A stretch of DNA of 24,000 nucleotides from Candidatus Woesearchaeota archaeon. Its GTDB lineage: Archaea; Nanobdellota; Nanobdellia; Woesearchaeales; UBA9642. The first letter of the stretch is position 1; each line of letters starts with the position of its first letter. The position numbers and the translations under genes are program-made. The notes under the pieces are model-generated. The model had not been told where the DNA came from, searched no databases, and was given only the letters and a program-made list of their open reading frames with translations. Of the stretch, positions 1-8,019 are shown piece after piece. The stretch covers positions 45,960 to 69,959 of the forward strand of contig BPGB01000005.1 in assembly GCA_026002815.1 (NCBI GenBank). The letters run 5' to 3'.

Positions 1-1
1 A

Positions 2-1441
2 AGAGTAATTTATATGACTAATGTTGGAACAATTCCTGACGAATCATATGTTAAAGTTAAACTCCAAGGATCTAAAGATGATGATAAAACAGGGTATATA
101 GGGAAAATAGATGAAAACTTCTTAGAAAGATTAAAGAGAGGAGATGTTTTTGTTTTAGGAGGAAACACATATGAATTTCTCTATGCCCAAGGTATGACTG
201 CTTTTGTGAAAGCTTCCGTAAATAGACCGCCGACTGTTCCTAGCTGGGTTTCTGAAACACTTCCTTTATCTTTTGATTTAAGTTTGGAAATACAAAAATT
301 CAGAAGATACATGAATGAATATTTTGAAAAAGGAGCAGATAAAAGAGAGATAATAGATTTCATAAATAAATACCTATATGTTGATAGTTATGGCGCTAAT
401 GCAATTTATGAATACTTTAATGAACAATATCAATTTTCTAAAATACCCCATGATAAAAGAATAGTTATTGAATATTTTAGTGATGAAAAAAATAAATATA
501 TATTATTTCATACTCTTTTTGGAAGAAGAGTCAATGATGTACTTTCTAGGGTGTTAGGTTTTGTAATAAGCAGAATACAGCATAAAGATGTTGAAATAAA
601 CATTAACGATAATGGCTTTTACATCCTAACAAATCAAAACATTCAAGCGAGCAAGGCATTTAAATTAATAAAATCCTCTGATTTAAGAAAGATTGCGGAA
701 TTAAGTCTTGATAAAACTGAAGTTTTAGGGAGGAGATTCAGACATTGTGCTACTAGATCTCTAATGATATTAAGAACTTATATGGGAAAACGTAAAAGTG
801 CAGGAAGACAACAAGTATCTTCAAGATTATTGATTAATAGTGTTAAGAGGATAAGTGAGGATTTTCCTATTCTTAAAGAAGCTAAGAGAGAGGTATTAGA
901 AGATTTAATGGATATTAAAAATGCAGAGATAGTAATACAGCAGATAGAATCAGGTAGAATAAAAGTAGAAGAATATAATACCGATATGCCTAGTCCTTTT
1001 GCTTTTAATCTAATAACTATGGGATATTCTGATATTATGAAGATGGAAGATAAAATGCAATTCCTCAAAAAGATGCATGACATGGTTAAAGCAAAGATAT
1101 CTCTAAAAAAAGGTTCTAAAAAAGAAATGGTAAAGGATAATTACAATTTTAGTTATGAAGATTTTTGGAGATTACAGGATATAGAAAAGCAGAAAGAAAA
1201 AGATGAGTATAAAGAAAATCTTAAAAGAATTGCATGGAATCTCAAGATGGTTCCATTTCCGGTTAGAGAACATATCGTCGAAATAATAGATGGGAGCAAA
1301 AATATAAGACAAGACTTCTTGGAAGCACTGCACACTTATAAGAAAGAAATAAAAAATTCTTGGCCAGAAGAATTAAGAGAATTCTTAATAAACAGGCTCA
1401 TAGAATTAAATGAGCTTCCTGAAGATTATAAGAAATCATAA
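2..1441 (+). CDS. lhr: Lhr-type ATP-dependent helicase, C-terminal part (5' end lies upstream of the window)
   Basis: The frame is open from base 2, with no stop before the first ATG at 14, so the CDS is cut by the window edge. The translation shows the Lhr-core C-terminal (DEAD/H-associated) pattern: GDVFVLGGNTYEF..., RRFRHCATRSLMILRTYMGKRKSAGRQQVSSRLL, FPILKEAKREVLEDLMD, IESGRIKVEE. The helicase motor domains would lie upstream. Confidence 0.7.
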   Translation, partial: RVIYMTNVGTIPDESYVKVKLQGSKDDDKTGYIGKIDENFLERLKRGDVFVLGGNTYEFLYAQGMTAFVKASVNRPPTVPSWVSETLPLSFDLSLEIQKFRRYMNEYFEKGADKREIIDFINKYLYVDSYGANAIYEYFNEQYQFSKIPHDKRIVIEYFSDEKNKYILFHTLFGRRVNDVLSRVLGFVISRIQHKDVEININDNGFYILTNQNIQASKAFKLIKSSDLRKIAELSLDKTEVLGRRFRHCATRSLMILRTYMGKRKSAGRQQVSSRLLINSVKRISEDFPILKEAKREVLEDLMDIKNAEIVIQQIESGRIKVEEYNTDMPSPFAFNLITMGYSDIMKMEDKMQFLKKMHDMVKAKISLKKGSKKEMVKDNYNFSYEDFWRLQDIEKQKEKDEYKENLKRIAWNLKMVPFPVREHIVEIIDGSKNIRQDFLEALHTYKKEIKNSWPEELREFLINRLIELNELPEDYKKS

Positions 1442-1511
1442 AATTGAATCAAAAAATAATAATATTAATAAAATAATATATATGCTATAAATTAATAAAA
1501 TTAATACATTA

Positions 1512-1853
1512 TCAATATGTGTCTATTTGACTTATTGAATTCTCATACCATATTCTAAGCAAATCCTTTATGTGCTTCTTAACGGCAACTTTATCTTTTA
1601 TATTATAATTATATATATATCCACCATTTTCTAGATTTTGCTGAAATCTATGTATTAAACCTTTATCTGATAATTTCTTCATTATTTTCTGTATTGTGGT
1701 TCTATCGAGATTAAGTTTTTCTGCTATTTCAACAATTGTTAAGTTTTCTTTAGTTTTTAAAAGAACTTCAAATACTCTATATTCTGACTTTTTTAAAGAT
1801 AAACTACATGCTATTATATCTTCTATATCCACTTTTCCACATGTAATGTCCAT
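1512..1853 (-). CDS. Small winged-helix transcriptional regulator (TrmB/MarR-like)
   Basis: 113-aa ORF with an ATG start. The segment LTIVEIAEKLNLDRTTIQKIMKKLSDKGLI is a typical HTH followed by a wing (NGGYIYNYN). Family assigned from pattern only. Confidence 0.6.
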   Translation of the reverse strand: MDITCGKVDIEDIIACSLSLKKSEYRVFEVLLKTKENLTIVEIAEKLNLDRTTIQKIMKKLSDKGLIHRFQQNLENGGYIYNYNIKDKVAVKKHIKDLLRIWYENSISQIDTY

Positions 1854-1910
1854 CTTATCACTTTATCAAACTAAAAATAATTCAAAAAATAAAAAACCGA
1901 TAAATAAACA

Positions 1911-1946
1911 ATATGCAACAACATATGCAACAATATATGCAACTAT
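1911..1946. repeat. 3 x 12-nt tandem repeat (atatgcaaca-ac/at/at) upstream of the wHTH regulator gene
   Basis: Read directly: atatgcaacaac / atatgcaacaat / atatgcaactat. Confidence 0.9.
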
Positions 1947-1952
1947 CTCTCC

Positions 1953-1987
1953 AATAAATATTATATTTTCTTAATAAATATTATATT
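1953..1987. repeat. 15-nt direct repeat aataaatattatatt x2 with a 5-nt spacer; the second copy overlaps the trxA stop codon
   Basis: Copies at 1953-1967 and 1973-1987 are identical. Confidence 0.85.
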
Positions 1988-2304
1988 GATTCTAGTATTG
2001 CATTTATTTTTGATTTCATCACTGGTTTTGGAGCAAATCCCACTATTCTTTCTACTTCTTTTCCATCTTTGAAAAATATCAAGCAAGGAATTCCTGAAAC
2101 TTCATTTTCTTCAGCAAGTTCAGGATAATCTTCTGTTGAGAGCTTTGCAAACTCTAGTTTTCCTTTAAAGTCTGGATCTTTGCTTAATTCTTCAAGAACT
2201 GGGCTTAGCATTCTGCATGGTCCACACCAATCAGCATAAAAATCTACTAATATTGGTCCTTTTTTTATCGCTTCCCTAAATGTTTTGTCTGTTAATACGT
2301 TCAT
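1981..2304 (-). CDS. trxA: Thioredoxin
   Basis: 107 aa with the WCGPC active site (DFYADWCGPCRMLSP) and the cis-Pro region GIPCLIFF. A strong SD, AGGAGGT (2311-2317, minus strand), sits 6 nt upstream of the ATG. Confidence 0.9.
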   Translation of the reverse strand: MNVLTDKTFREAIKKGPILVDFYADWCGPCRMLSPVLEELSKDPDFKGKLEFAKLSTEDYPELAEENEVSGIPCLIFFKDGKEVERIVGFAPKPVMKSKINAILESI

Positions 2305-2454
2305 TTTTTTACCTCCTAAAAGTTATATTTACTGATGTTTAAAAAACTGCACTAGTGTAATAAATAGCACATATATAAATATTTCTTTAATGTGAAAAAA
2401 ACATAAAAAAAATGCACATGTTGAGATTTACTACTTTATATAATAGAAAAAGCA

Positions 2455-2607
2455 TCATACAAAAACATCTTCCTCAAAGTCCTCATCCTCTTCCTTTTTT
2501 TCTTCCTTCTTACGCTGAAATATTCTTATGTCCCTTCTTGCAGGTATAGGTTCATCATCTATTAACTCATCAAAATCTTCATCTAATATATCTTCATCCT
2601 TAGGCAT
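2455..2607 (-). CDS. Hypothetical small acidic protein (50 aa), not in the ORF track
   Basis: Hand translation of the minus strand gives MPKDEDILDEDFDELIDDEPIPARRDIRIFQRKKEEKKEEDEDFEEDVFV*. It is co-oriented with and 55 nt downstream of the 69-aa gene. There is no recognisable domain, so it could be non-coding. Confidence 0.35.
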   Translation of the reverse strand: MPKDEDILDEDFDELIDDEPIPARRDIRIFQRKKEEKKEEDEDFEEDVFV

Positions 2608-2662
2608 AATTATTTACTAGAAAAAGTATTTAAAAAGTTTATCAAAAAATAATTCTTAATTA

Positions 2663-2872
2663 TTATTTTATAGTTCTCATAACATCTACACCAACTAGAT
2701 CATTACTATCAATATTAGATTCGTCTTCTTCTTTTAATTGCTCTATTATTTCCCTGGCCTCTTGAATTTTTTTTGAGGCTAAAGAATACTCTTTTTTACT
2801 CAATAATTCCTCTGTTTCTTTTAAAAAAATTTCAAGTTCCAATAAGCTGTCTAGAAGTTCTTCTTCTATCAT
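2663..2872 (-). CDS. Hypothetical small coiled-coil protein (69 aa)
   Basis: ATG-initiated ORF with heptad-like E/K/L-rich sequence. It starts 15 nt downstream of the zinc-ribbon gene on the same strand. No known motif. Confidence 0.45.
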   Translation of the reverse strand: MIEEELLDSLLELEIFLKETEELLSKKEYSLASKKIQEAREIIEQLKEEDESNIDSNDLVGVDVMRTIK

Positions 2873-2887
2873 AATAATAAAAAAGTA

Positions 2888-3037
2888 TTACTTGGCTATG
2901 CCAAGAATCTTATACATACCAGTTCCACACTTTTTACATTTTCCTTTTATAGCTTTTCTGCCGTTTTTCATAGTTACTTCTTTCGAATCTACCATTTCAA
3001 CTTTTGTCTTGCATTTTACACAATATCCTTCTGCCAT
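2888..3037 (-). CDS. DUF5679-type zinc-ribbon protein (49 aa), not in the ORF track
   Basis: Hand translation gives MAEGYCVKCKTKVEMVDSKEVTMKNGRKAIKGKCKKCGTGMYKILGIAK*. The two CxxC pairs and the pattern CxKCK..V.M......TMKNGR.A..G.C..CGT.M.KI match the small conserved DUF5679 family as I remember it. It lies antisense to the listed + ORF 2892..3086. Confidence 0.7.
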   Translation of the reverse strand: MAEGYCVKCKTKVEMVDSKEVTMKNGRKAIKGKCKKCGTGMYKILGIAK

Positions 3038-3051
3038 ATACATCACCTTAT

Positions 3052-3561
3052 CTATTTTTTTCCAAAATAAAACATTTTATCAATAGCAACATCCTCGCTA
3101 TGATAATTACCTACTCTTTGATTTGCATATTCATCTGATTTTTGATCTTGATTTACAGAATGCTCTTGAGAACTTTTTTCTAATACTTTTTGCTGTTCTT
3201 CTCTTACAAAATTAGAAGATCTAGGTTCAATCTTTTGTACTTCCTTAGTTAATCGCACTAAACGAGAATCTAAATCATTTATTGCTTGTATTATCTCATT
3301 CATCTTATTGGTTAATATATCAACATTATCTTGTATTTTTCTTATCTTTTTATCCGCTTCTTGATCATTCATTTTATTATCACCTAAATTATCCCCTTTA
3401 TTATCTTTTATAAGACCATGCCTAACTTCATGTGTTATTGAATCTTCACCATATATTTGAGATGCTTGTTGTATAGCTTCAAAAGAAGACTCTGCAAAAC
3501 CATGCCTTTTTAAATCCTTAGCAAGTTCATTCATTTTACGCATCTTCTCATAATCATTCAT
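3052..3561 (-). CDS. Hypothetical coiled-coil protein (169 aa)
   Basis: ATG ORF and first gene of a four-gene minus-strand cluster. The central region is heptad-rich (KKIRKIQDNVDILTNKMNEIIQAINDLDSRLVRLTKEVQKIE). The C-terminus, DVAIDKMFYFGKK, is hydrophobic/basic. No family recognised. Confidence 0.6.
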   Translation of the reverse strand: MNDYEKMRKMNELAKDLKRHGFAESSFEAIQQASQIYGEDSITHEVRHGLIKDNKGDNLGDNKMNDQEADKKIRKIQDNVDILTNKMNEIIQAINDLDSRLVRLTKEVQKIEPRSSNFVREEQQKVLEKSSQEHSVNQDQKSDEYANQRVGNYHSEDVAIDKMFYFGKK

Positions 3562-3708
3562 TTCAACACCTCAACATTACAAAAAACAAAGTTACAAAAA
3601 AATACAAATCAATTATATAAATCAACAACAATTTAAAATACTTTAAACAATAATCATAATAATATTAAGATAACCCGCTAAGCTTATTTATAAAATTTAC
3701 TATTTTTT

Positions 3709-3738
3709 ACATTTTTTGAGAATACATTTTTTGAGAAT
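3709..3738. repeat. 2 x 15-nt perfect tandem duplication (acattttttgagaat)
   Basis: Copies at 3709-3723 and 3724-3738 are identical. Intergenic, upstream of the four-gene small-protein cluster. Confidence 0.9.
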
Positions 3739-3846
3739 ATAAATATATTTAAAAACATATTTTAACAATATGTTAACAATAAATTGCTTTAATATTTGAT
3801 TGCTTTACTATTTGATTACATTACTATTTAATTGATTCAATAATAT

Positions 3847-4950
3847 TTAATCGCTCTTTGGCAATAATTTTATCAGAACAATTTCGCTTCTTGAACCTAA
3901 TCTTATTGGTGGACCCCATGTTCCTATACCGCTTGATACATACAATTTAGATCCGTTTTTAGAAGATTTATCATAATAAAGTCCATTAAGATATTTGTTT
4001 TCTAACCATGCAAGTATTGAAAAAGGGAATATTTGCCCAGCATGTGTATGACCTGAGAGCATTAAATCAATTTTATTACTTAATTTTTTGTAAACTGAAG
4101 GTCTATGATATAAAAGAATTACATAATTGTTAGTATTATTAATATGACCGAACTCATATAGTTCATTAAATTTCCTTATAACCCATTTATTATCATCAGA
4201 ATCGTCTATCCCTATTATTGTCAAGTTTCCTTCATTAACATATTCATTTCTAAGCACATTAAGCCCTAATTTATCTACTAAATGTATACTATAATCTATT
4301 CCGGCATATGTTTCATGATTCCCTGTTATAAAATATCTTTTTCCATGTAAACTTTTAAGTATATCAAAATCAGTTTTATTATAATTATATCGCCCATCAA
4401 TTAAATCTCCTGTTATAAAAACATAATCTGGTTTAAGCTTGTTAGTAGTGTATACTATATTTTTTAAAAATCCCTTTCCGTTTATTGGACCAAAATGAAC
4501 ATCGGATATTTGAACTATTCTTAATTCAGAATTAACCTTATCTGTATATATTGCTAATTCTCTAACATAAATTAATTTAGCATTAATAATTCCGATTAAA
4601 CATAAAAGCAATGTCAAAGATACTATTATTATGCCGCTTAAAAAACTAGGTAGTGCAAAAAAGAAACTTAAAATTTTATAAATTAATATAAGTATGAAGG
4701 CTAAAAACAGAAAACCCATCCAGAAAGCAGAAATATAGTATATTATTTTACTAAGCATATTTCCAAAAGCAGATTCTAAAACAGATGCAAGAACATAAGA
4801 TATTGTAAGAATAATAAAAATAACATAAAACCCCACATTCTTTTGAAAATTGAATAAAGTATATAAGTTATTTAAAACAAAATAATTTATCCCGCCATAC
4901 AATAAGAGAAAAATTGATATAAATAATACTAATTGTACTTTTTCATTCAT
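3847..4950 (-). CDS. Membrane-anchored metallophosphoesterase (calcineurin-like, YkuE-type architecture)
   Basis: About 130 N-terminal residues form several hydrophobic helices. They are followed by the phosphoesterase motifs ISDVHFG, ITGDLIDG, ITGNHE and LSGHTHAGQ. Confidence 0.85.
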   Translation of the reverse strand: MNEKVQLVLFISIFLLLYGGINYFVLNNLYTLFNFQKNVGFYVIFIILTISYVLASVLESAFGNMLSKIIYYISAFWMGFLFLAFILILIYKILSFFFALPSFLSGIIIVSLTLLLCLIGIINAKLIYVRELAIYTDKVNSELRIVQISDVHFGPINGKGFLKNIVYTTNKLKPDYVFITGDLIDGRYNYNKTDFDILKSLHGKRYFITGNHETYAGIDYSIHLVDKLGLNVLRNEYVNEGNLTIIGIDDSDDNKWVIRKFNELYEFGHINNTNNYVILLYHRPSVYKKLSNKIDLMLSGHTHAGQIFPFSILAWLENKYLNGLYYDKSSKNGSKLYVSSGIGTWGPPIRLGSRSEIVLIKLLPKSD

Positions 4951-4983
4951 TAAACATCACACTTAGTTGCTATTAATATCTTA

Positions 4984-5017
4984 ATCATCTTCTTATGCCA
5001 ATCATCATCTTATGCCA
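4984..5017. repeat. 2 x 17-nt tandem duplication (atcatcttcttatgcca / atcatcatcttatgcca)
   Basis: One mismatch between copies. Located upstream of the metallophosphoesterase gene. Confidence 0.85.
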
Positions 5018-5094
5018 TAAATACTTATGTCGTATATCTTAATTATTTTTTAATTATTTTCTAAACTAATATTTATTATAAGTTATTATACAGT

Positions 5095-5892
5095 TTAATT
5101 ATTATCTATTATTTTAAAATAAATTCTTCTTCTATCTTTTCCTTTATTTTCTAATTCTGTTATTTTTATTGAACCAATTTCTGAAGTATTTTTTAAATGC
5201 GTACCTCCGCATGCTTGATGATCGAATTCGCCTATATCTACTATTCGTATTTCTCTTATTGTTTCGGGTATTTGTTTTCTTAATTTTACAAGACCAGGAA
5301 TTTTAAAGGCGTCTTCTCGTTCTAGTATTCTGAATGAAACTGGCAGGTTCTTCTTCATTATATCGTTTGTTTTTGATTCAAAACTATTCATTAATTCTCT
5401 ATCAAAATTTTCTAAGGAAAAATCCACTCTTGCTTTATCTGTATATAATTGATTTCCTGTTATTTCAGCACCTGTTTCAATATTAATTACTGTACTCAAT
5501 ACGTGTGATGCGGTATGATATCTCATTAATTTATATCTACGTTCCCAATTAATTCTTCCAATAACCTTGTCGCCTATTTTTAATCCCGGCATTACTATAT
5601 TATGAAGTATTTTTCCATCTTTTTTCAAAACATCTTTAACAGCAAATTGTTCTATTTCTCTTAAATTAGAATACCTTATGTTTTTAATTTCTTCTAAATC
5701 AATATTTTTATCAAAAGAATTGTTTTTGCTATCTTCTACTTTTATAAGAAAACCTTCATCATTTGGTTGACCTCCAGAAGTAGGATAAAAATATGTTTCT
5801 TCTAACTCTACCCATAATCCGTCTTCTGAAACAAAAACTATCTTTGATATAAATTCTTTTTTATAACAATCCTTTAAATATGCAGCCTTCAT
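5095..5892 (-). CDS. alaX: Alanyl-tRNA editing protein AlaX (AlaX-M type)
   Basis: Has the N-terminal GGQPNDEG motif and the editing-domain zinc motifs HTASHVL (HxxxH) and CGGTHL (CxxxH). An SD-like GAGG precedes the ATG. Confidence 0.85.
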   Translation of the reverse strand: MKAAYLKDCYKKEFISKIVFVSEDGLWVELEETYFYPTSGGQPNDEGFLIKVEDSKNNSFDKNIDLEEIKNIRYSNLREIEQFAVKDVLKKDGKILHNIVMPGLKIGDKVIGRINWERRYKLMRYHTASHVLSTVINIETGAEITGNQLYTDKARVDFSLENFDRELMNSFESKTNDIMKKNLPVSFRILEREDAFKIPGLVKLRKQIPETIREIRIVDIGEFDHQACGGTHLKNTSEIGSIKITELENKGKDRRRIYFKIIDNN

Positions 5893-5953
5893 TTTCCTCT
5901 TTAATAGTCTTTTTTTATAAAATATATCTATTTATTTAAAAAGTATAAAAGCA

Positions 5954-6568
5954 CTATTTAAAAACAAATCCTGTTCTCATTGACCATAATGTTAAATCAA
6001 GCTCATCAATACCTATATTTAATTTTTTCGCAAAATCTTTGATTTTCTCTTCCATAAGCAGATATTCTTTTGGGTTTTTCGGGGGCCTATTTTCATCAAA
6101 AACTTTTGCTAAATGAAGCACATGTATTACATGCCTATCTATTATGCAGATATCTCGATATCCAATATTTCTAAGAAAGTGAGATGCTTCCTTATAACCT
6201 AGACCCTTAATATTATCTACGAGCCATGCTCTAGCAATAGAAGTATCTTCATGCAATTTATTAAGATTGCTTATATGCTTTCTAGCATCTACTATGTATC
6301 TTGCTTTATTCTTGTGAAATCTAGTCTTGCTCCTAAGTTTTTCTTCAATAATTTCCCTGCTACCATTTATTATGACATCTATGTTTTGTTCATTTATAAC
6401 TTCTGCAACTTTTTTCGCCTGACTTTGCGGTGTGCATATGCAGAAGCATAATTCTAAAAATTTCTTTTCAGGGTTGGTGTTTTTAAATTTAGAAAACTCC
6501 ATAAGCCTTTTTCTTATTTTTTTCTTATTTTTCCTATAATTTAATAATATTTCCTCCTCAATATCCAT
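5954..6568 (-). CDS. ogg: N-glycosylase/DNA lyase (archaeal Ogg2-type 8-oxoguanine glycosylase)
   Basis: Close pattern match to the M. jannaschii-type Ogg: FLELCFCICT, NIKGLGYKEASHFLRNIGY..ICIIDRHV, LDLTLWSMRTG. I place the start at ATG 6568. The track's GTG at 6577 lies inside the SD GGTGAT. Confidence 0.85.
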   Translation of the reverse strand: MDIEEEILLNYRKNKKKIRKRLMEFSKFKNTNPEKKFLELCFCICTPQSQAKKVAEVINEQNIDVIINGSREIIEEKLRSKTRFHKNKARYIVDARKHISNLNKLHEDTSIARAWLVDNIKGLGYKEASHFLRNIGYRDICIIDRHVIHVLHLAKVFDENRPPKNPKEYLLMEEKIKDFAKKLNIGIDELDLTLWSMRTGFVFK

Positions 6569-6706
6569 CCAAATCACCAGAATTTAATACATATTCATAT
6601 AATATTAATAAATAATTCATAAAACCGAATATCATAAAATTAAAAATTGGTGCAATTAAATATATTAAACATATCACAAAAATATTAAGTAACTATTAAT
6701 AAAAAA

Positions 6707-7564
6707 TTAACTCTTAACATACACTATTATGTTCCCGCGTCCCTTCTTTATTTTCTTTATTTTTCCTTCTGATTCTAATTGAGTTATTAGTAGACTTATT
6801 TTTGCCTCAGAATAGGGCAGCATCTTTCTAATTTCTTTTTGTGTTATTCTTGAATGTTCTTTTATTATATTCATTAACTTTGATTCTAGAGTGTTATTTT
6901 CTTGCTCATTACTTGAATTATTTTCTTTTATATTGGAATCGGTTTTGATATTAATTTCTTTTATTTCTTTTGATTCACTTATTTTTTCTTTTTTTAGTAT
7001 TTCTTCTGATGTGTGAACTTGTTTTTTTAAAGTATTTCTTTTAATATTTGACTTTTTATTATTACCTTTTTTCCCATCTTTAATGACTTCTTTTTTTGAT
7101 ACAACTACAAAAACAATTAAGGAGGATATTAAAACAATTATTATTATTGATATTACAGCTGGCGTCATTATATTTTTAAATTCTATAATTTGTGGCGAAT
7201 CTTCATCAGTTATATCGTACTCATCAAAAACGTCAAATAGGCTTGATGGATCGTTAATATCTAATCCCACTATTATATCTAATACATACTCTCCATCTTC
7301 TACTACCGTTATGTATTCTATTGCTGATCCTTCACTTGTATTTGCAATCAAAACATATTCTCCTGGTTTGATATTGAACGAGTATTCTCCTTTTGCAATC
7401 ATAAACTGATTTGGTGTAGAATTAATTTGAACAAAAGCGGTAATTGGCTGTAATGATAAATCATATATCTTTCCTGATATGGTTGCGCCACTTACTAAAG
7501 TTACTGAAATAGATAAAAATAAGGCAATTAACAAAAACAATCTTAAGAATTTTGAAATATACAT
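6707..7564 (-). CDS. Membrane-tethered winged-helix protein with an extracytoplasmic carboxypeptidase-regulatory-like beta domain
   Basis: Domain order: signal/anchor MYISKFLRLFLLIALFLSISVTLVSG; beta-rich repeat-like domain (GKIYD...GEYSFNIKPGEYVLIA...GEYVLDIIV); TM helix (AVISIIIIVLISSLIVFVVV); K-rich linker; C-terminal wHTH (ITQKEIRKMLPYSEAKISLLITQLESEGKIKKIKKGRGNIIVY). The start is moved to ATG 7564, since the track's extension to 7708 precedes the signal peptide and crosses a tandem repeat. Confidence 0.6.
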   Translation of the reverse strand: MYISKFLRLFLLIALFLSISVTLVSGATISGKIYDLSLQPITAFVQINSTPNQFMIAKGEYSFNIKPGEYVLIANTSEGSAIEYITVVEDGEYVLDIIVGLDINDPSSLFDVFDEYDITDEDSPQIIEFKNIMTPAVISIIIIVLISSLIVFVVVSKKEVIKDGKKGNNKKSNIKRNTLKKQVHTSEEILKKEKISESKEIKEINIKTDSNIKENNSSNEQENNTLESKLMNIIKEHSRITQKEIRKMLPYSEAKISLLITQLESEGKIKKIKKGRGNIIVYVKS

Positions 7565-7606
7565 ATTATTATGTATACTATCATTAATATTATTATGTAT
7601 AATATA

Positions 7607-7636
7607 CACATTCATGCTTGACACATTCATGCTTGA
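7607..7636. repeat. 2 x 15-nt perfect tandem duplication (cacattcatgcttga)
   Basis: Copies at 7607-7621 and 7622-7636. Located about 45-70 nt upstream of the membrane wHTH gene start (7564, minus strand). Confidence 0.9.
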
Positions 7637-7952
7637 TGAACCCTCATGTTGTATTATCATAATTAGTGTTATTTTTTTATATTTATATAGTTTTTTAAGT
7701 GTTATCAAATAAAAAAATAAAAAAATGACTTTATAAAAATAATAAAGTAAAAATCAGACTTTTTAAAGAATTTTAAAGTTCTATAAACCTTTATAAAGTT
7801 TTTAAAGTATGATTTTAAGTATTTTTACTTATTAATATATAAAAAATAGAAAGTATATTTATAAACAAAATATGTTCTACAAATATTATTTACACATAAT
7901 ATTTATACATAACAGTTATACATAATACCTGTTTTAGATAAAAGATAAAATT

Positions 7953-7994
7953 ATAAAACAAAATATAAAACTAATAAAACAAAATATAAAACTA
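7953..7994. repeat. 2 x 21-nt perfect tandem duplication (ataaaacaaaatataaaacta)
   Basis: Copies at 7953-7973 and 7974-7994. It ends 26 nt upstream of ATG 8020, and each copy carries a TATA-like aaatataaaa. Confidence 0.9.
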
Positions 7995-8019
7995 AAAAAT
8001 AAAACCATTGGAGGTAAGA

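Noticed and set aside
181-1335. Antisense ORFs within lhr (181..363, 778..1083, 1153..1335)
   Set aside because: They lie entirely within a well-supported + strand CDS. Their composition is typical of antisense AT-rich coding DNA and no motifs are present.
1696-1974. + strand 92-aa ORF overlapping the wHTH gene and the repeat-containing spacer
   Set aside because: It is antisense to the regulator gene, and its C-terminal part is just a translation of the atatgcaaca tandem repeat (YATTYATIYAT).
2892-3086. Listed + strand 64-aa ORF (MAMPRILYIPVPHFLHF...)
   Set aside because: Hydrophobic, low-information sequence with no start context. The opposite strand encodes a clean double-CxxC zinc-ribbon protein (2888..3037) of a conserved family, so the + ORF is its antisense shadow.
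3847-4950. The metallophosphoesterase as the missing Mre11 partner of Rad50
   Set aside because: It has a polytopic membrane N-terminus, lacks an Mre11 capping/DNA-binding region, and lies 10 kb away on the other strand. It matches the YkuE-like membrane phosphoesterase layout instead.
7709-8019. AT-rich 300-bp spacer with repeated TTTAAAG/TTTATAAAG motifs as a possible replication origin
   Set aside because: I could not recognise an ORB-like inverted repeat pair or an adjacent cdc6/orc1 gene. The region is adequately explained as two divergent promoters in an AT-rich genome.
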